DNA from: Heterodontus francisci
Lineage: Eukaryota
Length of the DNA stretch: 64,000 nt
Assembly (NCBI RefSeq): GCF_036365525.1
Contig: NC_090388.1
Coordinates: 66,520,258 to 66,584,257, forward strand
Direction of reading: 5' to 3'
The notes beneath the pieces are model-generated. The model was not told where the DNA came from. It saw only the letters and a program-made list of their open reading frames with translations, and ran no database searches. Below are positions 12,874-25,099 of this stretch, one piece after another (the stretch's first letter is position 1; every line of letters begins with the position of its first letter). The translations under genes were made by a program, and so were the position numbers.

Positions 12874-13129
12874 TATCCAAGTACAGTAGAAGAGAAAAAA
12901 AAAGATAGAAAAAAAAGAGAACTTGTATTTACATAACGCCTTTCAGGCCTCGGGGCAAAGCACTTTACAGCTACTGTTGGACTTTGAAGTGTAGCCACTG
13001 TTGGCTTGCAGAAAATGAAGACTGTGCTAGATTGCATCTACCCTGGATGATAAAAGAGACTGGGAGGAAATGGCTATTGGCATGAAAATTTCTTTGGGTA
13101 CTGGAGAGGTTCTGTATGATTGGAACCCT

Positions 13130-14100
13130 TTCACCTGTCAAGTGCTTTCTCCACTTAACTCCTCCAGGACATAATTTGTACTGTAAATGAAACAGAGGGT
13201 GCTTTTGTAAGATGTAGTGTCAGACTGCAGGGAAGGGATGTTCAGTGCTGTATGGCTGGGATCAGGGCTCCGGTTTCTGTTGAATACAATCCACACAAAT
13301 GACCTGGATGCAGAAGCTACATGTCGGCTTAACAAATTTTCAGATGACACAAAATCGGGGCAGCAGCAGGGTCTTAGTTCACAAGAGAATTTAGATCAGT
13401 TACACAAATACAAAATAAAATTTAATGCTGGAAAATGCATATCAGGCAAAAAGTAATGGCATAGGCATGCAATGAAGGGAACAGACTTAGAGCACAGGAA
13501 TGACATTTGAATTGTCACCATTAGTGTCAAGACAGTTTGCAGATGCAATCACAAAGAAAAACAATTAGGATATTGGGATAACATCCAGTGCAATGCAAGT
13601 CTACAGAGTTGGTGCAGAGTTTTATAAATCTGCTGGTCAGACCACAGTTGGACTGCTGTGCACAATGTCAGTTGGCATTCTCCAGTAAAAATCAGACATG
13701 CCTTGGAAGCGATGCACAAAAGAATAGCCTGAAATATAAAATGGATGACCTGTGAGGAAAGATGAGAGAAGCTTACAGTCTAGTGTGGAGGTGATGAAAA
13801 AGCCTTGTCCTGGTATATGAAGTATTAGAGGCCAGAGATAAGAGGGACCTAGAATATCAGTTCAAGGTGTCAGGCTGGTAAACCCAAATGAAAACATAAA
13901 AATTAGCGCAAGTAAACTGAAAAACACAGACCTCAGAATAAATCTTTGACTCAAAACAAAGATAAATATTTACAGTAATCTACTGATGGAGGTGATAGGT
14001 CAAAGGCAGTAGGGCACTCTAATGCAGTTAGATGGCAAGCTGGGAGAAGTGAAGTATAGAGGACAGAGCTTCAATGGATTGAACAGTTTTTCTTGTCATT
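13130..14100 (+). mobile_element. Old, highly degenerate CR1 RT/3' region
   Basis: NDLD...KFSDDTK remnant (ORF 13217-13456) and LVRPQL.-like remnant near 13633. Confidence 0.6.
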
Positions 14101-14799
14101 ACATTTTCTTGGGTACTGCCACAAAAAAATTAAAATGAGACTACACATTCATATTTGTAATAACTATTTGACTTTTTAAACGGGAAAAAATGAAGAGAAG
14201 CTCTCTCAGTTCCTTTCATATCTTTTTAAGTAGTGGACAGAGAATGGTGAGGGTAGAAAGATATTTTTGACGTGTTAACTAAAATGTTCCAAATGAACTA
14301 ATAGTTCTCCTCCAGGTTGCTTGAGCAAATGGATTGAAAAGGCATAGGAGATATTGGTTAAAAAGAAACAAACTTAAGATTATTCTTAGTGAAAATGGGA
14401 AAATTTAAATCATGAAAAGTTAAAAGTTCTGTGCTTTTTCATGTGTTTTGAGAACTGGAAAATCTGTATGAGACTCAACTTGCATAGTTCTGTTTTATAG
14501 TCTCTGCATTGAATTGTGAAATGAAGCAATCTTCTTTTCTTAGCAGTTGCTGCAGGCTATTAACAATTTTACCTGGTCTACGTTGTAGAATCCAAAACAG
14601 CAACTAGCAGCTACCAGCAACCTTGAACTTTGAAAGAAACTTTTATTTTATTCAGAAATACATGGTCTGTCTAATAAAAAACACAGCTTATTCTATTACC
14701 CCAGTTACTAATTGTTCATGAGGAGACTGGACTGGTGCTAGTCTTGATCGAGTGCAGCCTCATCACCCTCTCATCATTTCTGTAATTTAAAAAAAATCT

Positions 14800-15150
14800 A
14801 CCCCTTCCCCATAGGTTTCTTTTCTATTTTCTTTCAATTTTGTTTCTCCCAGCTCCTTTGTTTTTTAACGTTGTTTCCCCATTTCAGTTTACCTCTATTC
14901 TGCCCTATTTTATCTCTCATTTTCTTGTTAGTTTTCTTTAGTTGGCTCCACTGACATGGTTTCTCTTTTTATATGGTCTTTATTTCTGTTTGGCTTACTG
15001 TCCCCTTGCAATTTTCCATCTATTCTTGTTCCATGCCTGCTCAACTCCTGACTCTCTCCATCTTCTACTCTACTCTTGGTATAATCTTTCAGATTTGATC
15101 TTGCTATTTCTCTGCTCTTCATCTGCTAGCTCTCTTCCTCAAATGAAAAG
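14800..15150. repeat. Pyrimidine-rich low-complexity tract
   Basis: Strong T/C bias on the + strand with no clear periodic unit. Confidence 0.5.
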
Positions 15151-16224
15151 TTCTCTGCTGGATTAATTTGAATGCAGCAAGATAAGATCTCATCTAGATA
15201 GATTCAATCACTAGTCCAGATCAATTCATCACTGTGAAGCCTGACAGAATGGGCTTGATTCAATACGATTGCATGCACTCAGACTGATACAATATTCTAA
15301 GTTCAATGCAAATGTATACAGTAACATGTCATTCTAGGTTAATACCATAGCACTACATGTTGCATGCCACTTCAGAACCAGAGTAGCCGCTATTCAGTGC
15401 AATAGTGTGCAGCGCGAGACAGTGTTTTGAATGGATCCATTAAATGCAGCACAATGTGCAGTTTTGGATTAATGTGGTAGTGTGCAGTGTGACACAGTAT
15501 ATTCATTTAATTCAATAGTATGCTCCATATTAGTCATAGAGAGATACAGCACTGAAACAGGCCCTTCAGCCTACTGAGTCTCAAACTACAGCTTTATGCA
15601 TATTGCAAACACAGTAAAAGAACATTAATACAACACAAATTTTATGTGCAGTCAAATCTTAATTCAAAAGTTGAAAGCAGTACAGCATTAGAACATTAGA
15701 TCTTGTTCAGGTTTAAATTATTAAAAGGATTTATTTCAGAAAGGGTGAACAAGCAAATATTCAATGGTAGTGTATTACACATATATCTGACACAGTTGAA
15801 ATCCTTCTGTAAAGCTCCTTGAAAGGAAAACAATCAAAGGTCACAATTTAATGCCAATCCATTCTTTGGTAAAACGATTTTATATGTTCAGTGTTTCTTT
15901 CCTTGTATTTCAGATTGCTGTGAAAGAATAAACCACAGTGCACTATTCTCTTGGAAATTCCAAATTGACCCACAGATTCAAGTAATTCATGAGAACTGTT
16001 ACTTAGGTTTCCTGGATAGGAATAACCAATGGCTATATATAGAAACAACTAACTGTTAGCCACAAAACAGATAAATCACACAGCCTGCGCTTGCTGGTCA
16101 GTAGCTTGGTTCCTCTCTACAACTTTCATGACAATGGAGCAAAACTTGAAATGTTGACTTCAAATTCAGCTTGTTCCAAGATTCTGGCTACAGCTGGCTT
16201 CTAAGTTCCTCATATATTTGGTCA

Positions 16225-16932
16225 GGATATCGCAACCTTGGGGTCATATGTGACCCAGAGATATCAACCACATATCCCCGCCATCACTAAAAGCACCTAT
16301 TTCCAACTCTGTAACATCGTCTGACTCCGCCCTGCCTCAGCGCATCAGCTGCCAAAACCCACCCTAATCCATGCCTTTGTTACCTTTAGACTTATATTAT
16401 TTCAAAGAAATCCCGGCCTCTCACGTTCAACCCTCCGTAAACATGAGGTCACCCAAAACTCTGCTGTCCGTGTCTTCACTCACACCAAATAACATTCATC
16501 CATCACTCCTGTGTTTACTGACTTAGATTGGCTCCCTTGATTTTAAAATTCACCTCCTGGTTTTCAAATTCTTCCGTGGCCTCGCCCCCTCTTTACCTCT
16601 GTAATCTCCTCCAGCCCGATAAACCTCCAAGATACCTGCGCTCCTCTAATTCTGGCCTCTTAAGCATGCCCAATTTTAATCATTCCACCACTGGGGAACG
16701 TGCCTTCATCTGCCCGGGCCCTAAACTCTAGATTTCCCTCCCTAAACCTCTGTCTCTCTAGCTCTCTTTTAAGACACTCCGTAAAACCTGTCTTTTTGAC
16801 CAAGCTTTTGATCATCTGCCCTAGTATTTCCTTATGTGGCTCAGTGTCATATTTTCTTCCATAAAGCTCCTGTAAAGCACCTTGGGACATTTTATTACAC
16901 TAAAGGTGCTATATAAATGCAAGTTGTTGTTA
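16225..16932 (+). mobile_element. L2-type LINE 3' fragment
   Basis: Colinear with 640-1347; tail CACCTTGGGACATTTTATTAC..GCTATATAAATGCAAGTTGTTGTT. Confidence 0.8.
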
Positions 16933-17726
16933 ATTTAAAAGGAAAATCACAGTGCCAAAATAGATAAACAGAAGGGACTTATATAAAATGAAGACAACCC
17001 CTCCAATATTTCATGCAAGCACATTTTGCTTTGCCAATATGAAAGCATATCATGCATCCCTATGGTTTACATTAGAAACACTTACTCTGCTGTACCTTTA
17101 CATGTCACAGGCCAATATTCAGGTCCGTTTATGTTGACAGCTTTATTGGGCTGTGTCAGCTTTTGCTAGTTTCCTAGGTTGGCATATATGCTGCACTGGG
17201 GGTTGAGTGTGGGTTAAGTGGCACTGGCCAAATTTAAACTTAAAGCTGAACTCAAAGCTTGTGCAATTTAGTGATGGGAGAGAGTTGCTTGGGATACAGA
17301 TCTCACCAACAATTTTCCCCAGGCCATGTGAGCCGACACAGACGTGGCTTAGTCTTGATCTTGCAAATGTTCCCTGCTGATGCTCCACCTGACCTGGGAC
17401 TGGAGGAGTATTTCTGTGCTGAGCTGAATGCTAAGGTCTCTTTGTACTGAGTCATTGCAGGATGTACTGGTCGCATTGAGAGGAGAGTTTGAGGCCATCA
17501 CTTCAATGTCGGAGTCCCACTCCACTCCCACCATCACTGTGGCTGTCTCCATTTTGCTGGGGTCCTCTGAACAGGCGATCACCTGGCAAGGGCACATTGC
17601 TGATTTAGATATTTAAATTAGGGTCCTATGATGTCAGGAGGATTCCGATGCCATTTTAGGACTGAACTGGGTGAAGCACTAACTGTATGCAGTCCATATG
17701 GCATCAACTGGCGGTAAGGCCAAAGT

Positions 17727-19350
17727 GGCCATCACTAAGACTGCCCATTTCCATCTTCATAACATCGTCTGACACCATCACTGCCTCAGCTTATCTGCTG
17801 CTGAAACCTTCAGCCATGTCTTTGTTACCTCGAGACTTGACTATTGCAATGCACACCTGGCCAGCTTCCCACGTTGAACCCTCTGGAAACTTGAGGTCAT
17901 CCAAAACGCTGCTGCCCATGTTGTCATGGAGAGTTGTTTTTGTTGGTTAAAAACTAAGGGGGTCTGTATGCCTTTAAGACTGAGAGGAGTTTTTTTTTCT
18001 CTCTCTCTCTGGGAATAGTGAGTGCGAGCTGCAAGCCTGTTTCTTGGCAGCTTCAAGAGAGATGAGGTCATATGCTGCATTGTATCAGCTTCTGTGTAAA
18101 ACTGGCTGAAATCGGTTTGTTCTGGCAGTCCTGAAGGAAAATTTGTCCCTCTCATCAGAAAATCTACATTGGCCGAAAGGCTGTATTTTGCCTAAAGAGG
18201 AAAATGCCCCTGGAAAAGAATCTTTGCGTTGTTGGAGGTAGTAAATCCTTTTTACTTCCAGTCTCTGAGAAGTCTCTGCCTCAGGAGTGACTTTCTTCTG
18301 CCTTTTGTGTTTCTAGGGTTTCTGGAATTCTCAGGAAAGTTTCCACTGTTAAACTGCTAATTCAAAATCTAAATAGACCTGTCGAAAGATCTGTGTGATG
18401 CTTTCTGTAGCTGAATTGCCTTGAATGCATATCCATTACAGACTGTTCAGTCACCTGGAGACTTTGAGTGGCATCTGACTATTCACCTCTGGAACACCTC
18501 AGCAATGTGGGAAAACCACCCACCAGGACTTACAACCCAGTTAATTTTATTATTTCTAAGAGTCAGCTCTGATTTCAAAACATATTAAAAAAAAACGTTC
18601 ACTGTTGGTTTTTGAATGTATGTATGTGTGCATGAGGGTTAGGAGGAATAAGAAGTTATAAAGTCTTTTCAGACATAGACTTATCTCAATATTGTTTAAG
18701 ATTTAGTTTATGAATAAATAGTTAATTTGTTGTTGTTTAAAGAAACCTGGTTTGGTGTATTTTATTCTGGGGGTTAATAAAGTGTTTAATATGGCTAGTT
18801 TCCGGAAGGTGGGAAACTTTACTAATATGCTATGACCTGTGGAGTGTTGGGACTGAATTAACAGTGCATTACTCCTGCCCCGGTCATAACAATGTCATTA
18901 CTCACACCAAGTCCCACTTACCTGTCACTCCCGTGCTTGCTGACTTAGTGGCTCCGGATCAAGCAACTCTTTGATTTTAAAATTTTCATCCTTGTTTTCA
19001 ACTCCCGCTAGGGTCTTGCCCCTTCCTATCGCTGTAACCTCCAGCTCACTGCCCTTGAAAGACCTGCCCTCCTCCAATTCTGGCCTCTTGAGCTTCTTCA
19101 GTTTTAATCGCTCCATCATTGGTAGATGTGCCTTCAGCTGCCAAGACCCTAAGCTCTGGAATTCCCTCCCTAAACCTTTTCATCTCTCTACCACTCTTTC
19201 CTCCTTTAAGACACTCCTTAAAACCTAGCTCTTTAACTGAGCTTTTGGTCATCTGCTGTAATATTACCTTATGTGGCTCGGTGCTACATTTTGTTTGATA
19301 ATGTTCCTGTGAAGTGTCTTTAAAGGCACTATATAAATACAAGCTTCTGT
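17727..19350 (+). mobile_element. L2-type LINE 3' fragment interrupted by a solo LTR
   Basis: L2 sequence 17727-17921 resumes at 18892 and ends with the CTATATAAATACAAG tail. Confidence 0.8.
17922..18891. mobile_element. Solo LTR (970 bp), probably Gypsy-type
   Basis: TGTCATG...CATAACA termini; 4-bp TSD ATGT at 17918-17921 and 18892-18895; cleanly splits an L2. Confidence 0.85.
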
Positions 19351-21902
19351 AGTTAGTGTAGGAGCCCAAAACTAAGTAGGTCTTCATTTTTGTGGGGCTG
19401 GGAGGAGCTGGGGTGCCATTTTCTTTTTTAAATTGCACTTTTTGAAGCTCGAAGACATCGTTCGATTAGACAGTACAAATCTAAATGTGAGAATGGAGCC
19501 ACAGGAACTGCCTTGGCCTAACATGCATGTAGTCTAATAAAAATATTGCAGCTCTCTCATCAAATAAAAAAAAATCTCTTTGCTTTTCAAAGAAAAGGTA
19601 CTTCATTCTAGTCACTATAGATTCAGTGTCACTTCAGGAGACTGGAAGTTGAAAACTGCTGATCAAATATTTTCTAAGATTTTAATCTTTCTTACAAAAA
19701 AATGTGTGTTTAGGCTGCAAAATTGAAAGTGCTGTTATCTTGGAATGAAGGATTACTTTTTAATAAGTAGAGCGGAAAAATAATTTAAATTATGATCAAT
19801 CTGTCAGAGTGCTTTAATGGTTTTCAGAAATCCGTTCAGACTCGAAGGAAAATACAAGCTTATTCAGCAGGTAATAGATCTCGGAGAGTTTTAAATAACA
19901 ATTTATATCAACACCAGGGGGGAAAAAATATACACATTTACTGAGGCTTGAAAGGGTTCAATCACCCCTCTGTTCCTACCTGTGAGTGAGGGACTTTGTA
20001 GGGGTATGTAGGCAGGTGTGAAATGACTTTATTTGTTAGGTCAACCATTACTTACTGAACATTCTGGACTATCAGTGGTCCCCAACTTGCTCCAATAATC
20101 CAAATCCTCTCCTTCTTCTGCACCCTCCCTGTGCTGTAGGGATACCCAACTATGAGCTTCTAGTTCTGCAGACCCTGGTAAGTGAGTGCCTTCGTGTAAG
20201 GAACAGATACCTTCTATGATGCCTAACTCCAACCTAACCTCTTCCATGTCTTCATCCTCTTCCTCTTTATAACATCAAAATAAAGGGATTTCTCAATGGG
20301 AATACATGTTGAGAGGGAAATGCAATATATGGAGCACAGTTGAGTAAAATGTAACAGCAAATGTCCTGATTCAACCCCAAAGTACTATTAAGATTGCAAT
20401 ACAGACAAAGAAGCACTAACTTTCATTGTCGGCACACAAAATGGCCTCTTCAGTGGTATACATCTCAGCGACACCTTGCTGCAGCTTGTACCATCAATGA
20501 TGCAGTGGTGCTAGCTATTGGGATAGGAATGGGGTGAAAACTGATGGGAATGGGGTGGAGGGGTTAACAATACCTCCTAGACTGCAGTTAAATGTGACAA
20601 AGCAGGATCATGGCAGACCTTAAAGGGAACTGGCAGTTTATTGGGAGGAGAATGCAGATGCAGTTTTTATGTGACAGTAACATTTTATCGTCTACCACCA
20701 CAACCAAATCTACCATAAAAATGCTGGGTAATTCAGGAGAATACTGGCCACCATTTCCTCCAAGTAACGGTGAGAAAGACCACAGGAGTGTCCCTCATAC
20801 AATACTTAACATCTTATATCCGGTGCATGTTTCCCTCTAGTGCCATACACCTTCCTGTAGAATTTACATCTCCTTACACTTTACTGATAACATTCACAAA
20901 ACAATGCATCCTTTAACTCACCTCGAGGAACACCGTGGAAGATGGACTAGCACTATATTAAAAATCTTGTCAGTGTCACACTTATTTTCTGTCACCTTTG
21001 TGTATTTTCTGACTCACAATGGGCAATGCCATGGATTAAGTTAGATTAGCTATACAGATAAATTGTCCTGGTGCTAATTATGCCCTGAATGGGAAGTGCT
21101 TCATAATTTAATACTCAAACGGTTTTAACTGTGCTGTGTTGGTGTATTGGGCTAGCAGTATAGAGCTCCCGCTGGGTGTTTAATAGTTTGCTCTAAACTC
21201 ATGCCTGTGCTCTAAGATATAAGCCGATGAAAGCATCTTTGAGTGGTCGAATCTCCTTGAAACCAGAAGCTTTATTGCCCACTACTGCCCTTTTAAAAAT
21301 CAGGGTGTGCATCAAGGACCCTGTTCATGTTTTGTTGAATTGAAACCAGCTGTTTAATAATTTGTATTACTGAAATGAAATAAGCTTTCATCGAAAATCT
21401 AATCTTTGCAGGAAATACCAAAAAAAAATTGAAGTGGAGATAGACACTCTGCTTTGTGATTCTGCTTCCTTTCTTTTCTCCAATTCTCCAAAGGCTTCTG
21501 GTGGTCTTGCCTTTTCTTATGCCCCAATTAGATGGAGGAGTCTTGTCACTGGCAAACCTTTTTCCCTTGATAATTTCAATTCTGTGCTGCATGCAATCCC
21601 ATTATGGTGAAGCAGCAGACAACTACCTAATTAAACTTAACTCTCATCATCTTTAGAACTTCCCTGGTTCATTCAGAGCAAGTGAGTTCATGCAGAGCCC
21701 TGCTCTTCTCCCCTTTATCAATCGTGCAGCAGTTTTGTCTTATTAGGCTACTCGTCCCAAAGAGGCAATCTTCAGTAAATAAACCTTGGTATTAAACCTG
21801 GATCAGTTACATTAAGGCTTCCTGTGTTTCAGCCTCTGTATTCTGTGCACTCAAAGTATAAAAACTGGTGAAATTATGTTGATTTTCTTTTCTCTGGCTA
21901 TT

Positions 21903-22634
21903 CAGTATGAGCTGTGCTAATAATGCAGATTGTCCACTGCCTAGGTGGACATTCATGGTCTTTCATCCAAGCTTGGAGATGTATCCTCAAACAATACCTT
22001 TATCATGGAAATGCCACGATATTATAATTAAAAAACTGCAAATTTTAAAGCACCCAGCAGAAAACAAGAAGTAAGACATTCTCATGCTTGAAAATAAAAT
22101 CATTGAATCATACAGCACAGAAAGAGGACATTCGGCCCATGTGCCTGTTTGCAAATATAATTGTTCATGCTCTAGTAGTTGAGTCGTTTGTCAGTAGCAT
22201 GATTTTTTTTTAAGCAACCTAAACAAATCTGAAAGCAGTGGTGTTATGAACCGGAATGTACTACCTGAAAAGGAGGTGGAAGCAGAATCAATAGTATCTT
22301 TCAAAAGGGAACTGGACATTACTTGAAAAAACTATGGGAAAGGAGCAAAAGCAGTGGGATTAATTGAATAGCTCTTTCAAAGAGTTGGCACAGGCACAAT
22401 GGGCCAAATGGCCTCTTTCTGTGCTGTATGATTCAATGATTTTATTTGCAAGCATGAGAATGTCTTACTTCTTGTTCTATGTCGGGTGCTTTAAATTTGC
22501 TGTGGTTTAATTATAGTATTGTGGAATTTACACTTAACTGTATTGTGATAGGATACATCTCCAAGCTTGGATGGAAGACCATCAATGTCCACTCAGGGAG
22601 TGGACAATCTTCATTATTAGCACAGCTCATACTG
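21903..22634. repeat. Long inverted repeat: arms 21903-22148 and 22390-22634, 241-bp spacer
   Basis: Arms are reverse complements; 22063-22127 versus 22412-22476 match at 64 of 65 positions. Confidence 0.95.
22230..22442 (+). mobile_element. CR1 3' end fragment
   Basis: GGCACAGGCACAATGGGCCAAATGGCCTCTTTCTGTGCTGTATGATTCAATGATT tail. Confidence 0.8.
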
Positions 22635-23933
22635 CAGAGGCTATGAATTCTAAGTCAGCCTGTCATGACATAAGTGCTCGACTCTGCCCCATTTGATTCA
22701 CTCACACTGCTTGTGAGATCACATTTTACATTGCGTAGTACGCAGATCGCCTGCTCCCTCAACCTTCGCCACTGGGGACTGCTGTTTATCGTTTGAATTG
22801 CTAACAGATTGCTATCTCATTGTGAAGATTCCACCAAGTATGAGCCAGTGAGATATCCCACACTGTGACATGGTGGATTTGGAGATAACGTATAGGATTC
22901 TGATGTTTCATATCATTGTATGCTGAGTATCCTCTGGAAGTCAGAACCTTTTCACCACGACATTGGTTTGATTACCATAACATATGCCGTTGAATCAACA
23001 GCTTTTGAGATGGCTAAGCAGTAAATACACTGTCATACATTCTTCCTACATCTTCACTGGGGTGAAATAGTGTTATTGCCAGAGCCACTTTGAAAACAAA
23101 AATGAGTGAGGGGAAACAAAAAATCTGGATCTGTGAGTTATAAGCATGTTTTTGCAATTCAGCACTTGCAGCAACATCTAGTAGGGTTTGAAGTCTAATG
23201 GTATTACGATTGACTGTTTTATTCAGTAGGCTTTATGTGCAGACCCAAATGCAAATTGAGTTTAAATATGCCTAACTAATCACTAACAAAAATAATCTGT
23301 TTAATTCAGAATGACCTTGCATTCAGGCCAATGAACTGTGCTCACAAATAAACCCCATAATCCTTGCAGTTTTTAAAACATGATTTGTTACATTTCCCTT
23401 ATTATTTCTACATTCACCTGTGTTATTATATTTGTGCTTGACTGTTCCAATTATGACTATTACATTTAAGCAGTCATGAGTGGGCCAATCAATAGCAGTA
23501 CTTGGAGTTACAGGCTAGAAATCCAGACAGACACTCACAAGCCAGAAGGCATGCAATGAATTTAAAGCCATGTGATGGAATAATTGCCTTTCATTCCCTT
23601 CTTGTTTTTCTCTATTTTCTATAACATTGCTCAGTAAAAGATTGATGCGCATATATTCTCTCTGAATAAATGTCTGCACTGGAGAGCACAAGTTAATTTT
23701 GAATAACGAAAGCCATCTTAGTCCATCCATCCAGTAAGCCAGCGCTACCTTCCACTCTGTTGCAGTTTAAATTGGTTTATAAATGCTTTCAGTGTGTTCA
23801 CCTCCACTATCCTATCTGGGAGTCCATTCCACTCTCTGCATGAAGAACTTCCTGGGATCAGTCCTCAATTTGCTGTCTACTAGTTTGAACTTGTGTCCAC
23901 TTGTCCTACTATCACAATTCAATTTAAAATAAT

Positions 23934-24680
23934 GGGCCGGATTTTGCGGTGCCGAGAACAGTGAAACGTTCAACATTCGCTGCTACTGGATGTCGGAGAG
24001 GCCCTGCAACTTCCAGAGCATAACGGCACAAATCTGAAAGTCGCGTTGGGCTAACCAACGCAAGTCCCGAGGGTTCAGTACTTCTAAGACCAAGTATGGC
24101 ATTAGAGTGAATTTGGGCTAACTGCCTACTAATTACAAATTAATAACATTAAAAAATTTTAGACCTGGTATATCCAGGCATCAAGGGGCCTCCTCTCAAT
24201 TATCAAATACTTAATGAAGAGGCCCACACCAGACAAGATCTTTTAAATGTTAAAAATGGATGGATTTTTTTTTTAAACATGAAACCATTTAAAAATCTGA
24301 TCAATCCTGTTAAAAAGTAAAATCTATGACTTTTTGCATGATTTATTAGACTTTTCAAATATCTGTTTTTAAAATGATCTATCTGATCAAAGTTTTATGT
24401 TTAAAATTTTAATTTTGTAAAATTAATCACGACTACGAAATCTGATTTTCCTATGCCTTTTCACTGAAGCAGCTGCTTTATACAGTTTTTGTGGTGCAGT
24501 GACTGGAAGCCATGCTCACAACTTCCTGCTTTTTTTAACCTGCGCTACACAGTGCTTCTAGGCCTCGCTGCAGCTGACACTGCAGGGAATCCAAAATTCT
24601 CGCCATGGAGCTCACAGGAGGTAGGCAGGTAGAGTAATTCGACGCCAGCGGCAAGCACCGCCGACTGCGAAATCTGGACC
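23934..24680. mobile_element. Non-autonomous DNA transposon (PIF/Harbinger-like MITE) inserted in an old minus-strand CR1
   Basis: Imperfect 17-bp TIRs GGGCCGGATTTTGCGGT / GGTCCAGATTTCGCAGT (13/17); AAT on both flanks (23931-23933, 24681-24683). Confidence 0.65.
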
Positions 24681-25099
24681 AATGTTTTCACTCCCTTAAC
24701 TACTTGATTTACTTCGCTTCAGAGATGAAAAAGTTCAAATTTTGCTAATCTTTCCGCATAACTCAGACATTTGACCCCAGAGATCATCTCTGTGGCTCCT
24801 CTCTGTATTGCCTCCAACACAAGAGTAGCCCATCTGTGTCTCAGTGACATGAGCTTGGCAAAGTGCTGATTCGGTCTGACCAGAACATTGCATAGCTTGA
24901 ATCTTCTGCTGACTTGTATTGCTTTGGTTCCATAGTTTAATGTTCTAAGGAGTTTGCTGTTTGTTGAATGTTAAAAACACTCAGATTCCTCGGTCTCTTT
25001 CGAATTCATCCTTAAATATTTAAACACATTCATTGCATATGGGTGATGTCCATTTTCCCTTCCTCCCGCAGTACTTTTCACTTGTCCACACTAATTTTA

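Noticed and set aside
20041-20247. 68-aa minus-strand ORF with a nearby GTAAGT
   Set aside because: No recognisable POT1 OB2 motifs (VWDG, YDNH, HGG) or other family motif.
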